Origin: Takakia lepidozioides
Lineage: Eukaryota > Plantae > Bryophyta
Assembly: GCA_030704615.1 (NCBI GenBank)
Contig: CM060734.1
Location: 372,001 to 436,000 of the forward strand
DNA: 64,000 nucleotides
Direction of reading: 5' to 3'
In this document: positions 11,690 through 24,060 of the stretch, in pieces
Layout: each line of letters begins with the position of its first letter
How positions within the stretch are numbered: the stretch's first letter is position 1
The notes under the pieces: generated by a model
Told to the model about the DNA's origin: nothing
Seen by the model: only the letters and a program-made list of their open reading frames with translations
Database searches by the model: none
Program-made: the position numbers and the translations under genes

Positions 11690-12849
11690 CATGTTGGATG
11701 AGAGAAGCAGGAAGAAAAGGGAGAATGGAACTTTTCCGCATATGGGGGCAGCATGAGGCCCCAAAAATAGTAGAAGGAGTCACTGAGGTGAACGGTAAAG
11801 TTTCACAATGTTGATCCAGGGTTTGTACGACGCTCCATTCTTTGGTAGAGAGTATGAAGATGTTAATGATTGGATTGATAGAATCCAAATGTCGGGTGAT
11901 GTTCGAGACCTGAGCGAGGACAAGATATTTAAGGTCGCTCGGCTGAATCTGCGTTCAAAGGCAGATGAATGGTTCCGAAAACAAAACCCTCGGCCAGACA
12001 ACTGGCCGGATTTTCAGCGATTACTGCGAAGTTTGGTGTAGTGGACATGGCGGAGATAGAAATGAGGCTTGACTCAATCAAGCAAGAACACAAGCAGAGG
12101 GTGCAGGTTTATTTTGATAAGCTGAGCCGACTGTTTTTGAAAGGAGGCATTGCCGATTGGAGCAGCGCAAGCGGTTCGTTGGAGGCTTGCGGCCAGAGAT
12201 AATGCGAGCTATGCTTGGAAGGAAGTTTGGTGACGTTGATGAGGCACTAGATACAACAATTGAGATTGAAAGACGTCTGGGAAAATTGGGTGAAATCCCT
12301 TGGGAGCCCCTGGAAGGAGAAGAGAGTGATGATGTAGCATACTTGAGCCCTACGGACAAAAGATTGGACAGTCTTACGAATACCTTGCAGAAATATTTTG
12401 ACAAGGGTATATCATTTGGAGAGTCGTCAGGCAACAGGACACCACCAAGAGGGGTACACACCTGCAACACTTGCAATTAGGAGGGACACATTGCCACCAA
12501 CTGTCCTGCGGAGAGAGCACCACCGACTTGTGGAAAATACCACCGAGTGGGCCACCGAACAGAGATATGTGGGGTTAGATGTTCATGTTGCAAGATGTTG
12601 GGGCACCTTGAAAATGTGTGTAGCCGAAAGCTTGAGGCAGCCAGTGTTGGGACACCTGCAACTTATTTTGTAGAGGTGTTTTGTGATGATGAGGACCAAA
12701 TCTTGGCAGAGATAACTGCCTTAATGAGGGAACATGATATCAGGGAGGTGAGACTTCCACCGAATCACACCCCACTACCACTTACTTCTGCTATCAGCAA
12801 CAGTCTGGAGGACTTCTCAGTTGCGTTCATTGAAGCCAATGTGGGTTAG
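11690..12849 (+). pseudogene. Retrotransposon gag (frameshifted) with zinc knuckles
   Basis: FFGREYEDVNDWIDRI..ARLNLRSKADEWF, LDSIKQEHKQRVQVYFDK, FVGGLRPEI, and knuckles CNTCN*EGHIATNC and CSCCKMLGHLENVC. Confidence 0.8.
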
Positions 12850-13689
12850 AGACATTTTGAGAAGGGTGTTATCTTGAGGGAGCCGGGCACCCCTGTGGGC
12901 AATGCCCAAATTGAGAATAAGAATTGAGATTTACTGACCATGAGATGGTGCTAAATGAGAGTGTCAGGACTGCGTGTGAAGTTATGCTTTGTGGGGACCG
13001 TAATTTGGCAGGAAAATCCAATTGTGGAGGGGTGCAGCCTGCACCAGATCCAATACGAGCAGAAATATTCAATGTTGTGGGGGAACTGCCCTGCCCACTG
13101 TTCATGATGTGCAGCCAAGAGCACCTGAACAGCATCACAATATTGAGGTTAGTTCAGAGACAACACATGCATTGCAAGGCTCTTGTGATGGTGTAGGCAG
13201 TGTCGATGGTGAAATCAAGGAACAAGGAGTGAACGATCAACTTTTACCAGAGGGACTGGCAGAGCTGGTCTTGATTGCTAAAGAAACCATGTCACAACAG
13301 CCAGGCAGTGACTTGGGTTTGATTGGGTGCGAGAGGCAAACACAAATTTTTAATGAGGTGTTGGCAAAGGAGGAAAGCGAGCTGCCCAGAAGCATGCTCT
13401 GGAAGACATGGAAAACGAGGGTGCAATTGACACGGTGCAAGGAAGAGTCCCAACCTGCTGTCTTGGATGATATCAAGAATGTTTATGTTCTCACTATTTG
13501 TGAACCAAAGACCAGCCTGTGGAGCTTGATGGTTTCAGCCATATTGGAAGGGTGCAGCAAAAGGGCAGCAATGAAAGAGGGAATACCTGAAAGGTTGAAC
13601 GATGATGAAGGAGAATGGCGGACAGGTCTGAGACATCTGTTGCAGCAACACCACTCGCTGCTATATGCTTTTGTTCATCTGTTTGGCAG

Positions 13690-13960
13690 GCTGAAGATTG
13701 TAGCTTTGATAATATGGTGGAACAAAATGTAGTCTCGTGGAGTGCAATGATCACAGGTTATACCCAGCATGGGTGTAGGATGGAGGCTTTGAAGACCGAT
13801 GAGCAATTGATTCCAGAGGAGTTGAAACCCCATAAGGTCTCGTTCATTTGTGTTCTGAATACGCTTGCCAGTGTTCCAGCCCTGGGAGAAGGCAAAGATA
13901 GCCATGTTGGTAAGGGCAGAATGCAGATCATGCCAGATGTCACCCTTCTATTCAAACCAA
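13690..13960 (+). pseudogene. PLS-class PPR fragment
   Basis: FDNMVEQNVVSWSAMITGYTQHGCRMEALK...LKPHKVSFICVLNTLASVPALGEGK. Confidence 0.8.
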
Positions 13961-14861
13961 GTATTACAATTTTCTGGTATGGATCATGAAGGCTGCCAGA
14001 TCCGCTGTTCTGGCACAAATCACTTTCCAGATGATACGGGAATTCATCATGGAGGCAGCCTGTGAATTTGCAGCTGACCCCAATGCTAAGTTACTCGTCA
14101 GATTGGGTGATTCCAAGACACAGATACATTGAAAGGATGCTGAAACCTGGTACTTTCTCGGACAGCCAACCCAAGCCTCAGTTTAGTAACTACAAGCGGC
14201 AGCGTGTGGAGGGGCAGACACCTCACCAACAAGGTAAAACATATGCTTCCCGGGGAAGAGGCACCCCGGTACGAGGAAGAGGCCTCTACCAAAGGGGTGG
14301 ACACTCTGGCCGGATGCAATCTTCTGCCAACACATCCGAAAATACCAGACCACCCAACCGTTCTACACCTGGCGGATCAGGGTCTAATTCTACTTCCACC
14401 ATCAACATTGCCAGTCAAGAATCATACAAGACCCGGAGGGGCTCGGAGGGTTTCTCCCCGATCCGCAAACGGGATTTCGGATCTTGGAAGGATGTCTGAT
14501 TGGGTATGCTCTCTTCATTTACTTGTATGCACATTCATGAGTACTCTTCTGGATATATGTAGACTGATATCCACATCCATAGTAGTTAATTATCTACTCA
14601 TGGCAATGTGGTACAATCATCTATATATCATACCAAGGTTTAAGGAGAATCTGTCCCTTGTTTGATTATCCCTGTTTTCAGTTCGAATGACATGCAACTG
14701 CTATTCTTTGGAAAAAGAATTCGAAATGGCTGTATACAGGTCCTCTTTTATTCAAGTGGCTGTTATGTATTTTATGGGGAGGAAGTAGGTTTTCCAACCC
14801 CTTTTGACAATCTTGTCCAGGGATTTGAAACTACTTTTGCAGTGGGAGAAACCTTATGAAG

Positions 14862-14980
14862 GGGTCTGGTATGCACTCCCTTACGGGGTGAGTGCATACC
14901 ACACTCACTCCATAAGGGACTGCCATACCAGGGGCTGGTTGGTGGGTGCCCCCTCTCTCCCTCTGTCTCCCTCCTCGGAA
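14862..14980 (+). mobile_element. Terminus of a dispersed repeat (GGGTCTGGTATGCACTC...), also at 17792 and inverted at 18405-18470
   Basis: A near-identical core of about 65 bp plus ct-rich continuation occurs at 14862 and 17792 with unrelated upstream flanks. Confidence 0.7.
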
Positions 14981-16134
14981 TTGGCTGGTTGTATCAGTGT
15001 GTTTTTCATGTTTTTCATCTATACCGGATGGATTCTAAACAGTGTTTTCAGCCCTATAAAAGATTTTCTATCCATACCGGATGAATTACCTGGGTGGACA
15101 CTAAAATACCTCTAAAATGGGTCTATGATTTTTTCATTCCTCTTTTATTGACTTTCATCTATACCAGATGAGTCACCAGAGAATGAGGAATTACCTCTGT
15201 AGGGGTTGACATTGGCATCCTATCTATAATTTTTCCATCCATACCGGATGAAAAATACCAGGATATTAATTTGTTTATTCCTTCTTCCAAGTCCAGAGCA
15301 GATTCATCTTGTGGCCCTGCATACCATACCTTCTTTCTCTTCTTATAGTTCATGGCAGGTTGGTCCGGACCTCTCTTCAGCTGTGTGATCTCAAATTTGC
15401 CCACATCTGGTCCTGTTTTGATGTCAACTCTCCTCGTACCCAATAGCAGGACAGATCTGGATTTTTCCGTTACCTCCCATGCAATCCATCGTTCCCAATT
15501 TCTGATGTTGCACCCTAGCAACCCTGGTTTTGCTCCATGTGCATCATGGCTGAAGCCTTTCAACTTGAAATCAGCTGTCAATCCAGCCACCTTCTGACCC
15601 TCGTGCTCAATCATGATGGTGCCATCACCCATTGGGTACAGTTCCAGTTCCTCCCCATGGGGACCAGCCTTATGCCCATGATCACTGTCAACATTTTTTA
15701 TTTCCATCAATGCTTGCAGGTCTGAGTCACACAAAGGGGCCTTGCTGCATCCCCATAAATGCACCCTGCTCCCTTTTCTTCTTGAATTTGCATTGACCAT
15801 TTGTAACACTAGCCCTCTTGGGTCCCATGCTTTCTCTTGGTGACAATTCAATATAAAGGTTCCAAAGTAGGGCGAGATGACGGCCCGTTTGGATAGTAGA
15901 TCTGGGGTATTTGAGGTTGAATTCTTTAGGCGTGAGTAACCTATACCCGATTTGTGCTCCCTATTGTGATGGTGCCTTGTTCATGAGCATCCCACTTCTG
16001 GTCCAGATACATTCGAATGTCCACTCAGTCGGCACCAGTGTCTCCTCTCCACCCCCGTTTTTATTGACCAACGGCAATGACCTCCTTGGCCCTCCACTTG
16101 CCATGCATGGTCTGTCCAACAGGGTTTTGTTCAG

Positions 16135-16640
16135 ATTGTAATTTGGCACCATTCCAGCCCTCATGATATCAGCATGAATCTGCCTGCCCTCTTCAAACGA
16201 TGCAAGGCTGGTGCACGTTTTGCAGATAGAAATGAACATGACCTGGTTGGGCCTCCTACCTTCCCAAATCAATTGCTCACACACCTCCAGAGCATCCTTA
16301 CCAGCCCCATGAACAGCATATATTCCTGCTATCATTGCACTCCTGGACACCACATTTCGTTCAGACATATTGTCAGGCACTTGACGAGCATCCCTCATGC
16401 TTCCAGATTTGGCACACAAGTCAACCAGGGCAGTCTCCAGAGCAGTATCCGTCCCAATTCCGGATTTGATGATGTTACCATGGACCTCCCTGCTTTTTCC
16501 CAGGTCTGCCAGGCCCGTACATGTATTGAGAATATAAATGAATGTGGCCTCGTTGGGTGTTAATCTTTCCCTTCTCATCTGCTCATAGAGTTCCCAAGCT
16601 TCACTCCATAGCCATGGTGAGCATATGTTGTGATCATCTT
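16135..16640 (-). pseudogene. PLS-class PPR fragment
   Basis: EAWELYEQMRRERLTPNEATFIYILNTC..GIGTDTALETALVDLCAKSGSMRDARQVPDNMSERNVVSRSAMIAG. Confidence 0.85.
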
Positions 16641-16689
16641 GGTCCATGAATCCATCCCTAGAGGGGGTGGGGAGAAAAGGAGAGAAGTG

Positions 16690-16920
16690 GCCGCTAAGGT
16701 GTTGATATGCAGGTACAAGTGAAATAGTGTCTGTTTGGAAATATAGTGCATATCTCTTTTGAAAGCTTGTTGATGATGCTAGTGATGGTAGAGGGGCCTG
16801 GGTTGGGGTGGATGTCGCCGCAGCGTAGTAGTATAAGCGTTTCACAGGCAAGTTTATAGGGCTTAAAGTGGGACGGTGGATGGTGAGATGAATGTTTCGA
16901 TGAGAGAGGTTTTTGGTGAT
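16690..16920 (-). mobile_element. Non-LTR retrotransposon fragment with a 2A-like motif
   Basis: Translates ..ETLILLRCGDIHPNPGP.., the LL(x)xGD(I/V)xxNPGP motif typical of non-LTR ORF N-termini. Confidence 0.55.
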
Positions 16921-16923
16921 ATC

Positions 16924-17372
16924 TGGGAGAAGCCAATGAAATCACCACATTGTATGACTGATTCACCGGTCTATTCCAGCCATATATTACACTTGGGCAA
17001 TTTTTAGTGGTGCTACAAAGGGCGAGGCCACATACAAGAGAAGCATAAAAGCATATGAGCCAGTAGGTATCTAAAAGTGACATGAGGCATCGGCTACAGG
17101 GGACTGGTTGATGGTCTCTTTCAATGATGAATGGCCTTTAAAAAAAAAAAACCCCCCACCCTCCCATCCTGAGATTTCATGTACTCTGAAATCCCCTGTA
17201 GCCGATGCCTCATGTCACTTTTAGATACCTACTGGCTCATATGCTTTTATGCTTCTCTTGTATGTGGCCTCGCCCTTTGTAGCACCACTAAAAATTGCCC
17301 CAAGTGTAATGTATGGCTGGAATAGACCGGTGAATCAGTCATACAATGTGGCGATTTCACTGGCTTCTCCCA
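16924..17372. repeat. Inverted repeat with arms of about 180 bp (16924-17103 / 17192-17372) and a spacer of about 90 bp
   Basis: The arms are reverse complements with only a few mismatches. Confidence 0.93.
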
Positions 17373-18947
17373 TTATGTATCTTTCCAGCAGCGTTGATAC
17401 GGCTTGGAAAGAGTGTCACGTACTGATTCATACCTTGGAAAATTGATTCTGAAACCAGTAAGTTGACTCACATCATGATAAGGTTCCTCGAACAAGGATC
17501 CTTACCTGGTTAAATTTGGCTAATAGGGTGAAATGATGTGCAACAATTTGCTGCCATTGGCTGAAGAACACTTATAATTTCTATGCTCATGCCTGTCCAC
17601 TTGTGTGAAGGCTATGTTGACAAGCTAAAAGGTAACCTAGAAACTGATCAGTACTATGTTTTGCCTAGCATGATTTATGCTTCACCATTGTTCATTCTTG
17701 GTCCGGGAGGAGAGATTGTAGGCCTTTTATCCTTTTGGTATTTAAAGTCCACGGATAAAACTACAATGTAGAGGGAGAGCTTTACGAGAATGGGTCTGGT
17801 ATGCACTCCCTTACGGGGTGAGTGCATACCACACTCACTCCGTAAGGGACTGCCATGTCAGGGGTTCGGATGGTGGGTTCCCTCTCTCTCCCTCTCTCTC
17901 CCTCCCTCCCTCCAGATATCTATTTGGGATTTAAAATATGATTTTCCAGTTTGGAATCTATTGTTATATAACCCCCAAAAAAATTAAAAATTTCAGGGGC
18001 TCATCCGTACTAGATGAACACCTCATGAAAAATGTGGCTTGATGTTTTTTGCCTAAAATGGATGATTACTGGACAGCCTGGTATTTTTTGAAGTATTGCT
18101 TAAAAACTGATGAATGGCTGGTTTTTTCATCCATGTTGGATGTCATCCATAAAGGAGCATTAATAGAATGTCTGATTTCTAAAAAGCTCTTCGGATGTGC
18201 TGCTCAGCAATTTTTAAGCTACAGCAGAATAACAAGCACTGTTTACCACCCCATAAACACTTCACAGGTCTGGATATAGTGTTCCAGAACCCTAGCATGT
18301 CGTTTTTAGTGCATCACAAGAACTTTCAAAGCATTGCCAAAGGTAAAAAATAAAGCCAAAGGGTCATGAAAACATATGACAGATCTGATATAGCATAACC
18401 AGGGCATGGCAGTCCCTTACGGAGTGAGTGTGGTATGCACTCACCCCGTAAGGGAGTGCATACTAGACCCATTCTCGTAAAGCTCTCCCTCTACATTGTA
18501 GTTTTATCCGTGGACTTTAAATACCAAAATGATAAAAGGCCTACAATCTCCCCTCCCGGACCAAAAATGAACAATGGTGAAGCATAAATCATGCTAGGCA
18601 AAACATAATACTGATCAGTTTCTAGGTTACCTTTTAGCTTGTCAACATAGCCTTCACACAAGTGGACAGGCATGAGCATAGAAATTATAAGTGTTCTTCA
18701 GCCAATGGCAGCAAATTGCTGCACATCATTTCACCCTATTAGCCAAATTTAACCAGGGAAGGATCCTTGTTCGAGGAACCTTATCATGATGTGAGTCAAC
18801 TTACTGGTTTCAGAGTCAATTTTCCAAGGGTATGAATCAGTACGTGACACTCTTTCCAAGCCGTATCAACGCTGCTGGAAAGATACATAATGGGAGAAGC
18901 CAGTGAAATCACCACATTGTATGACTGATTCACCGGTCTATTCCAGC
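17316..18947. repeat. Long inverted repeat with arms of about 540 bp (17316-17857 / 18405-18947) and a spacer of about 550 bp
   Basis: The arms are reverse complements. Mirrored ORFs 17583..17771 (+) and 18491..18679 (-) differ at one residue. Confidence 0.95.
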
Positions 18948-19034
18948 ACAGAGGAATTGGAAGGGAAATGTTGTTGATGACAATGGTGTTTGTGGGGTTG
19001 CAGAGGGCTAACCATCGTCATGAAAGCTCCTCGA

Positions 19035-19265
19035 TTGAATTCAAAATTGGTTGAGGGGTGAGTGCGCTGTTGGGGAGGCAAATGTTTTTTTTTTTTTTCT
19101 ATTGAATATTTGCACATGTGTTACACATATCTTCAAGCATATGCGGGCAAAAGTTGAGCTTGAACGTTCATGGGTGCAATAGCCGTTCACCCATGAAAGG
19201 ATTTTGTCTTACAATGAACAAAATTGGATGACGGGGTGAACTTGTCCTTGGGGGACAAATGAATA
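19035..19265 (+). repeat. Diverged copy of the 1806-5050 array unit
   Basis: Shares ttgaggggtgagtgcgc..ggggaggcaaatg, gcacatgtgttacaca..ttcaagcatatgcgggcaaaag and atgggtgcaatagccgt. Confidence 0.75.
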
Positions 19266-19279
19266 TGTTTTGTTTTGAA

Positions 19280-19358
19280 AGAGAAGACTCCGATCGAGGC
19301 CAGCATAACTAAGAGCCACTTCGCCTTGCGGCTACTGCCTTTTTTCAAAGGGTGGGCC
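19280..19358 (-). mobile_element. Extremely 5'-truncated copy (3' tail only) of the non-LTR element at 36897-39929
   Basis: The reverse complement ggcccaccctttgaaaaaaggcagtagccgcaaggcgaagtggctcttagttatgctggcctcgatcggagtcttctct aligns with 39842-39918. Confidence 0.85.
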
Positions 19359-19388
19359 ATGTACTAGAACAAAGTTTCAAAGTTTCAA

Positions 19389-20000
19389 TGTCGCGGCCCT
19401 TTACCTTGAGGGCGGGGGGTCGGGATAGAAGAGGGACTGCCCCTGTGGTGGGGGGAAATGGTAGTAGTAGGGAAGGGGGCTGAAGCACCCTTGAGTGCCA
19501 AAGGCATTCAAAAAGGCAGAGGCGCTTACTATTCCAAGTTAGGACATCCAGAATTTCTTGTCGGATCATTCTCAAACAACGCCAAACATTAATCTCGTTC
19601 AAATATCAACCTGATGTCATCTTCGAAAGACATCATCTGTGGAAGCATAACCCAATGTCGCTGTAGTTCAAAAATCCAATGCTGCTTGTAAGAGTGCAGA
19701 TTTCAGAATCAGTCTAGATTGTAAGCATTGCAAATGAATCCCGTCAAGATTGAGGCCTCATAAATTATGGATTAAAGAGAGGTCCACGAGCATTCACGAA
19801 GGACACATTGTAAGACTAAACCCTAATCCTCTTCAGAAGACAAAATTTCAATTAACTCTCTAATTATGTGACCAAAAGCTAGAGAGTAAACTCCGGAAAG
19901 CGACTAAGGTGTGGGGAGCTATTCAATACTGCCAACTACCAACGGGAAATTCCACTGGGCCCGATACCTCGAGGGTCCCGAGGGAGAGGAAGGGGCCCAC
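19389..20000 (+). mobile_element. Degenerate LTR of the family at 21490-22236
   Basis: Starts TGTCGCGGCCC like 21490. Segments 19389-19530 and 19895-20000 match 21490-21635 and 21990-22095. Confidence 0.65.
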
Positions 20001-20014
20001 AATACTACATCCAT

Positions 20015-20590
20015 GCAAAAATTCGGACCAAACAAAAATAAAAAAATAAAAAATCTTGGGTCACTATTGCAGAACTCTCTATAAAGAATGCATGACGTTG
20101 AATTCAAATCAACTTTGGAGTGCAAATGAGGGCATAAAATATGGTTTTGGGTACAGATGAATTTTGTTCACTCCCAAATTTTGCACACACATTGCATATG
20201 CTGTCATTAAACATATGGTTGAAAAATAGAGTTAAAAAAAAATCATGTGCAGGCGAAACACAACTTTCCGTCTCCACAACACGTACATGTCCATTCAAAG
20301 GGCGAACGAACAGTTGACCATCCAAATGATTTTTGTTTACTTTCAAACTTTGCCAGTATGTTCAATATGCCATCTAACAGGTCCCAAATAAATATGATAT
20401 CAAAGAAAATTCATTCAAAGGGCGATCAAATCATCGCCCATCCAAATGATTCTTGTTTGCTTTGAAACTTTTGTATGTTTTGCATACCATCCGACATGTC
20501 CCAGACATATACGAGATTAATCGAAATTCATTCACTGGGCCAACGGATGGTTGCCCATCCAAATGATTTTTGTTTGCTTTGAAACTTTGC
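20015..20590 (-). repeat. Inverted, diverged copy of the 1806-5050 array, directly downstream of the CACTA ORF
   Basis: aacggatggttgcccatccaaatgattttt (about 20542-20570) is the reverse complement of the 120-bp sub-repeat core. Further copies lie at about 20310 and 20430. Confidence 0.8.
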
Positions 20591-20599
20591 TTTATTAAA

Positions 20600-21489
20600 G
20601 ATGAGCAACAAGAAGAAAGATACCCATCGACGGATACTACTACTCCGGAATATTATCGGAAGGGTCATCTTCATTTCAAAATCTTCTCTAGCGTACTCAT
20701 GATCATCATCAACATTAATGTCGTCCCTATCTGAAGCCTCATCACACGACGAATCATCATCCGTATACCCATGATATGGCTCATGCACCGGCTGAACCAT
20801 AGGATGAGGATCATGTTCTTCATGTTCTTCATTATCGTTCTCTTCCTCGTCTTCGGACGCCTCCTCGTCATCCTCCTCTTCAATGCCCACCTCAATGTTT
20901 ACTTCACGATCTCCAACGTTAGTGTTGGAGGCCAGTTGTTCCTCAATTGCCTCCACCCATGCATCATCATCTCTACCGGCCTCATCCTCGGCCTCCTCTT
21001 CCTCTTGCACAACCTCTTCCCCCTCCTCTTCGTGATCCCGTGGGTCTTCATCTTCCGTACCCCACTTAGAACCCTCGCCATGATAAATGCGCCTTCCTCT
21101 TGGCCGAGCATGCACAACCACCTTCCAATTGCCCGATCTAGTATTATCCGTGGAAAATAAGACTTGCTCCATATCGGAAGGCCATGCAAACGGCTCGTCA
21201 GCGATGCGACTACAGGGAAGGATCCTATCCGCATTGACTCGCATGAAGCCACGTTCATCTTGTTGTAGTGTTGCATTTGCCCCTACAGTGTTGGATCGGA
21301 ACCACCTCCCCTTGAAAATAATAGGTCGATACTCATCATACTGAAGTTGCAAAATGGCATCAAGCTCCCCAATATATTCAAGCTTGTTTCTTTCGGGTCG
21401 AATGTCCCTTGTGCTTGACACGGAATCAAAAGTGGTCTTCCAGCGCATGTCAAGAGAGCGGATGCGGAAATGACCCTCGCCACATGCAG
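20600..21489 (-). pseudogene. CACTA/En-Spm transposase C-terminal region (DUF4216-like) with acidic tail, 5'-truncated by an LTR
   Basis: HFRIRSLD..TTFDS..EYIGELDAILQLQY..FKGRWF..QDERGFMRVN..DEPFAWPSDMEQVLF..WKVVVHARPRGRR. Confidence 0.8.
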
Positions 21490-22236
21490 TGTCGCGGCCC
21501 TTTGCCTTGAGGGCAGGGGGGGTCGGGACACATGAGGGGCTGCCCCTGTGGTGGGGGCAGCGGCAGCGATAGGTACGGGGGGCTGAAGCACCCTTGAGTG
21601 CCCAAGGCACTCAAGGAGGTGGAGGCGCTCACTAGGTGGAGCCCCGCACACCGGGTTGCGGTGGGGGTGGCTCCACAAGGGGTGGTGGTAGCTTAGCGGG
21701 ACTTAGTGGGGGTGGCATAGGACTCACCATGGGGGCGGAGACCTCGTGGTGGGAGTCGTGGGGAGTCTTGGGACTCATCACGGTCCATAGGGCCGTGGTG
21801 AGTGGGCCAAGACTCACCGCGACTCACCACCGGGAGTCGAGGGTTTTCGTGGTGGTTCGCCATAAAATGGCATGGCTGGTTGTGAAACCCCCGCGGACAG
21901 CTACAGAAGTATATATAAGGGGAGTAGTGACCCCGAGAACGGTGCAAGCCCGTTGGTGACCAAAAACTAGTGAGTAAGCGAGCGAGCCGGAAAGCGACCA
22001 AAGAGTGAGGAGCTGTTCCGGACTGCCAACTACCAAAGGGAATTCCACTAGGCCCAAAGAGGTGGAGGGTTTAGTGAGAGAGCGAAGGGGGACCGTTATA
22101 TCCCGGTGAGCAGCCGAAGCTCCAAGTTGGCCCGGCGGCCAGGTTGGGAGTCAGGCGCGCGCATCAGAGCGAGTAACTATGACTTGAAGGGGAGCTTACC
22201 GAAGTGAGGTGCGCAACATGCAGGCCTGAGGTCACA
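21490..22236 (+). mobile_element. Probable solo LTR
   Basis: TGTCGC start, TATATAAG box at about 21912 and candidate GTCACA end. A second copy lies at 19389. No clean TSD. Confidence 0.55.
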
Positions 22237-22699
22237 GCACGTGGCGCAGTGAGTTGTCTGTTGGTTGCCTTCACGACTTGCAAGTGGAGTCGAAACTGGA
22301 GTGTTGAAGTGACAGATGCAACTGGAGGTTTGAAATGCACTACCTCATTAGTGACTACATCGACTGTGGGTTGGGAACCAGACACTCCTGCTGGTTGCAC
22401 TGACTTGGGGGCTGCGACTTGTAGTTCATACATGTGCAATATTGTTGCTACTGTTCCTGAATAGCAAAACGGATGCTACGATCGATCTACTACGACATTG
22501 CAACCAACACAATCCTTGCACACTGGGGATGATCATGTCATTGTCTATGTGATTTAGACTTCAGAACATACAGACCATGCCATCAATGCACGAAATCAAA
22601 TGAACTGCATGAAGAAGAGCACGCGACAATGTATTAAGATAACACCTCTAACCTGCCCCATACAGTGCACAAATCCATGAGTCCGTAACGACCAAGATT

Positions 22700-24060
22700 G
22701 GAACCTGTTTCTGGATACTTTTGTGTTGTCACTTTGGCAGTATCATGTCAAAGTCACTCCAAACTATCAAATGTTCACTCAACCAGCTAATTTGCAGAAT
22801 TCAACATGAAAATTTAGGGCCGATTCTGATAAGAGGGGAAAACATGGTAAAGTGTGTTGAAGAAGGTGCCTTGATTAGCAGTGACTGATTTTATGAATTG
22901 TGTCGCTGCTGCTGTGGCTTCCAGTTGACCATGTACCCATGCAGGTTTCCCTTCCACAAGGAATCATAGGTAATCTGGAGCTTGAAATCCGGCCCTCTTG
23001 GATGAATCTGGACCCACACTCTATCCCTGCTCCTTCAGCTATCCATGCGTCTGCACAAATCATGCATTCATCCTTGCACTTGTTGCTAGCAGATGACAAT
23101 GACAGCATAGAGTTGTTCTAGGAAACACCCAACTTAGCTTATCACTCTTAGTTCTTATGCTGAATTGTGTCGGCTACTCTCTGTAATCTAACAGGCATTC
23201 ACCTTTTGGTCTCGATTGTCCCACCGTTGACTGGGGTCAGAAACGTGTTCATTCCCCAGCTTCTCCTCATCTCTGTTACCTGTTTTCCAATACTTTCCTG
23301 GTGTCACATTGGCAGTATCATGTCAAAGTCACTCCAAACTAGATTCACTCAACCAGCTAACTTGAAGAATTCAACATGGAAATTTAGGGCTTGTTCTGAT
23401 AAGAGGGAAAAACAGGGTGAAATGTGTTGAAGAAGGTGCCTTCATTAGCAGTGCCTGATTTTATCAATTGTCCCGCTGCTGCTGCGGCTTCCAGTTGACC
23501 ATCTTCCCATGCAGGTTTGTTGTAGCTATCATTCCATAGGGAATCATAGGTAATCCGGAGGTTGAAATCCGGCCCTCTTGGATGAATCTGGACTCTATCC
23601 CTGCTCCTTCAACCATCCATGCCTCTACACAAATCATGCATACATCCTTGTTTTGCTACTAGCAGTTGACAATGACAGCCTACATTTGTTCTAGGAAACA
23701 CCCAACTCAACTTATCACACTCATTCCTATGCTGAATTGCGTCTGCTACTCTCTGTAATTATACAGGCATTTACCTTTTTGCCTCGGTTGTCCCATCATT
23801 GACTGGGGTCAGAAAAGTACTCATTCCACAGCTTCTCATCATCTCTGTTACCTGTTTCTGGATACTTTACTGTTGTCACTTTGGCAGTATCATGTCAAAG
23901 TCACTCCAAACTATCAAAGGTTCACTCAACCAGCTAACTTGCAGAATTCAACATGGAAGAAGAAGGATTCTGATAAGCTATCCTTCCACAAAGAATCATA
24001 GATAATGTGGAGCTTGAAATGCGGCCCTCTTGGATGAATCTGGACCTACACTCTATCCAT
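22700..24060. repeat. Tandem duplication with a unit of about 575 bp, roughly 2.3 copies
   Basis: ttggcagtatcatgtcaaagtcactccaaact occurs at about 22734, 23309 and 23881, and flanking sequence also repeats. Confidence 0.9.

Noticed and set aside
15159-15851. 230-aa ORF as a host gene
   Set aside because: No recognisable motif; it lies among TE and PPR fragments and is probably LINE ORF2 debris.
17583-18679. Duplicated 62-aa gene pair
   Set aside because: These are mirror ORFs created by the inverted repeat, with no recognisable domain.
22240-22255. PBS (tggcgcagtgag) after the LTR at 21490-22236
   Set aside because: No gag follows and the tRNA match could not be established.
22700-24060. 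E/DYW deaminase domain downstream of the PPR fragment
   Set aside because: No HSE/CxxC/DYW motifs were found; the region is a tandem duplication.
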